Shown here piece after piece: positions 62,118-64,000 of a stretch of DNA of 64,000 bases (position 1 is the first letter of the stretch; every line of letters begins with the position of its first letter). The stretch is taken from the NCBI GenBank assembly GCA_964035545.1, contig OZ037766.1, positions 20,386,767-20,450,766 on the forward strand, read 5' to 3'. Below the pieces are notes generated by a model, which had not been told where the DNA came from, made no database searches, and was given only the letters and a program-made list of their open reading frames with translations. Both the position numbers and the translations under genes were made by a program. The stretch comes from Bugula neritina (taxonomy: Eukaryota > Animalia > Bryozoa).

Positions 62118-64000
62118 AGTAGTTACCTCCAGTTACCTCCAGATTACGATCATGCTAGACCACTAGGTAGCAGAAGCGGCATGCCTCATATGTTTATGGT
62201 TGGTCAGAAAGTAAAATGCATACAATAGTCCATAAATTGGTTGCAGTGTGTGTTGCAATATTGTTTATTAGTACAGGTAAGTTAACCTGTCAATGTTTAG
62301 ATTATTCTGTGTGTAAATTAGTCTTGCAAGGATTGTTCCCTTTAAGGTCACGGATTGTTCGTGGCAAGAAGCTGTTATAATAGCAGTTATTATTGGTGCT
62401 GACTGATCTTGGCTGTCCTAGTGTTTGGGCCCTAGTTTGGATAAAACTTTCCGGGTGTTTATTAGTTCTTCATACGCGGCAGAGAGTGCTGGGTGATATT
62501 CTTCCTTTTGGAGTATCCTCATAAGGAGTCTTAGCCGTTGAGTTCTTCTTCTTTCATCGAGGGCGGCCAGCTCCAGTCTTTCTTTTGCTTCTCGCACTCC
62601 TCTTCTACCCTTGATGTTAGCTATGGCTCTTACTGCCCGTGTTTGTACCTCTTCGATGGAATTTATTTCTTTTGTAGTATAGGGGTCCCAAACAGCAGAA
62701 GCATAGTCTAGGTGAGGAAGGCATAGGGATTTGTAAGCCATGAGTCTCACTTTTTCGGGTGCCCAGTGCAAAGCCCTTTTGATCATCCCCAGTTGTTTGT
62801 TTGCTAGCAATATTTTGCTCTGGATATGATTATCAAACTTCAGGTTGGCCTGTAGAGTCACTCCGAGGTATGTTGATTTGTCCACCTGTTCTAGAACTGT
62901 GCCATTTAACGTGTAGTGTGCTGGTATATCTTGCTCTTTGAATGCCATAATTTTGCTCTTTTTAACATTGAACTCCATACCCCACTTTGAAGCCCAACTT
63001 CCTGCTGCATCTATGTTCCTTTGAAACCTTAGTCTGTCTTGGTCATCTGAGACAGGCTGGTAGAGGAGGGTGTCATCTGCGAAGAGACCAACTTCACAAT
63101 CAACACAGTCAGGGAGATCATTTATGAACACGAGAAACAGTATGGGGCCGAGCACAGAGCCCTGAGGTACCCCAGACGTCACTGGCAGTGGTTCTGACTT
63201 TTTGCCATCGAGTACGACCCTCTGAGATCGGTTTAGGAGGAAGTTGTGTACCCATCCGAGCAGATAGTCTTCCATTGGTGCAATTGTTCGTAGTTTCTCC
63301 ATTAGAAGGGCATGGGGGACCCGGTCAAATGCTTTTGTAAAATCTAGGACTGCTGCGTGAACAGCCTTATGTTTATCGACATAGTTCAGTATCTGATGGA
63401 GAGTGGCGCATAATTGGGTCTCGCAGGACAAGCCCTGGCGGAAGCCGTGTTGTCTTGTGCTCAGTACATTGTCAACGTTGGCAAGTATTTTACGTAAGAT
63501 GAGATGTTCTGCCATTTTACATGGGATGCTAGTGAGTGAGATGGGTCGATAGTTTTGAGCACAATCCTCTGCACCGCTTTTATGGATGGGGGTCACATAC
63601 GCCTCTTTCCACTGGGTGGGGAGCTTCTGTTGATTCATAGAGGTTTTGTATATGATCGCAAGACAAGTGGATATTAGTGGGAGATCAACCATCAGATCTG
63701 CCTTCCTCAGGCCATCCGGACCTGGAGCTTTTCCAGGCTTGAGTTTCTGTATTAACTTGGCAATACCATTGCTGTCGATATCTGGTGGATTATCTATGTT
63801 TGTTGAGTTGGGACCAAGTGATGTCAGTTGGTGCCCTCTGTTGAACTGGGAGTGGAAGAATTTGTTGAAGGTTTCCGCACAGTTTTCTGGATCTGCATTA
63901 AGGGTACCATCAGTCATTTTGAGTTTTATGCGATTTTTGTTATTTGAGTTTCCTTTGAGGTGCCGGTAAAAGGGCTTACTGTTGCCTTCTAGGAGTGGTT
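62118..64000 (-). mobile_element. Second CR1/L2-group LINE (RT domain, 3' UTR and tail); continues beyond the window
   Basis: 499-aa ORF with GKAPGPDG, YRPISLTS, GVPQGSVLGP and LFADD. A frameshift near 62450 displaces the YYNSFLPRTIRDLK end. Tail of AGTTACCTCC repeats at ~62120-62140. A related but distinct family from the 35.6-39.6 kb element. Confidence 0.92.

Overview
AT-rich, intron-containing animal genomic DNA, probably an invertebrate; the species cannot be read from the sequence. Six spliced genes alternate strand (+ - + - + -), reconstructed by hand from GT/AG junctions and reading phase: (1) the 3' end of eIF2-alpha (EIF2S1); (2) a complete U5 snRNP 40-kDa WD40 gene (SNRNP40); (3) a ~1394-aa protein with nine BED zinc fingers in an (A-B-C)x3 pattern, a double-zinc-ribbon module and nine C2H2/C2HC fingers, with no transposase core; (4) a ~2680-aa secreted Sushi/CCP-domain mucin with a ~5.2-kb array of 14-aa repeats that mostly carry one Tyr; (5) an RRM-MYND-Tudor-coiled-coil gene with the architecture of the piRNA factors Vreteno/Veneno; (6) the augmin subunit HAUS8. 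Convergent 3' ends are only 250-510 bp apart. The divergent 5' regions are long, carry distinctive low-complexity DNA and hold all five CR1/L2-type LINE pieces, including a full-length 4.1-kb copy. Other mobile DNA: a Harbinger MITE (TTA TSD), a Charlie-type hAT relic (8-bp TSD) with two nested palindromic MITEs, and a solo LTR (ATAT TSD) inside a degenerate DNA transposon. Two minisatellites are built from amplified splice junctions. No rRNA, tRNA or CRISPR array was seen.
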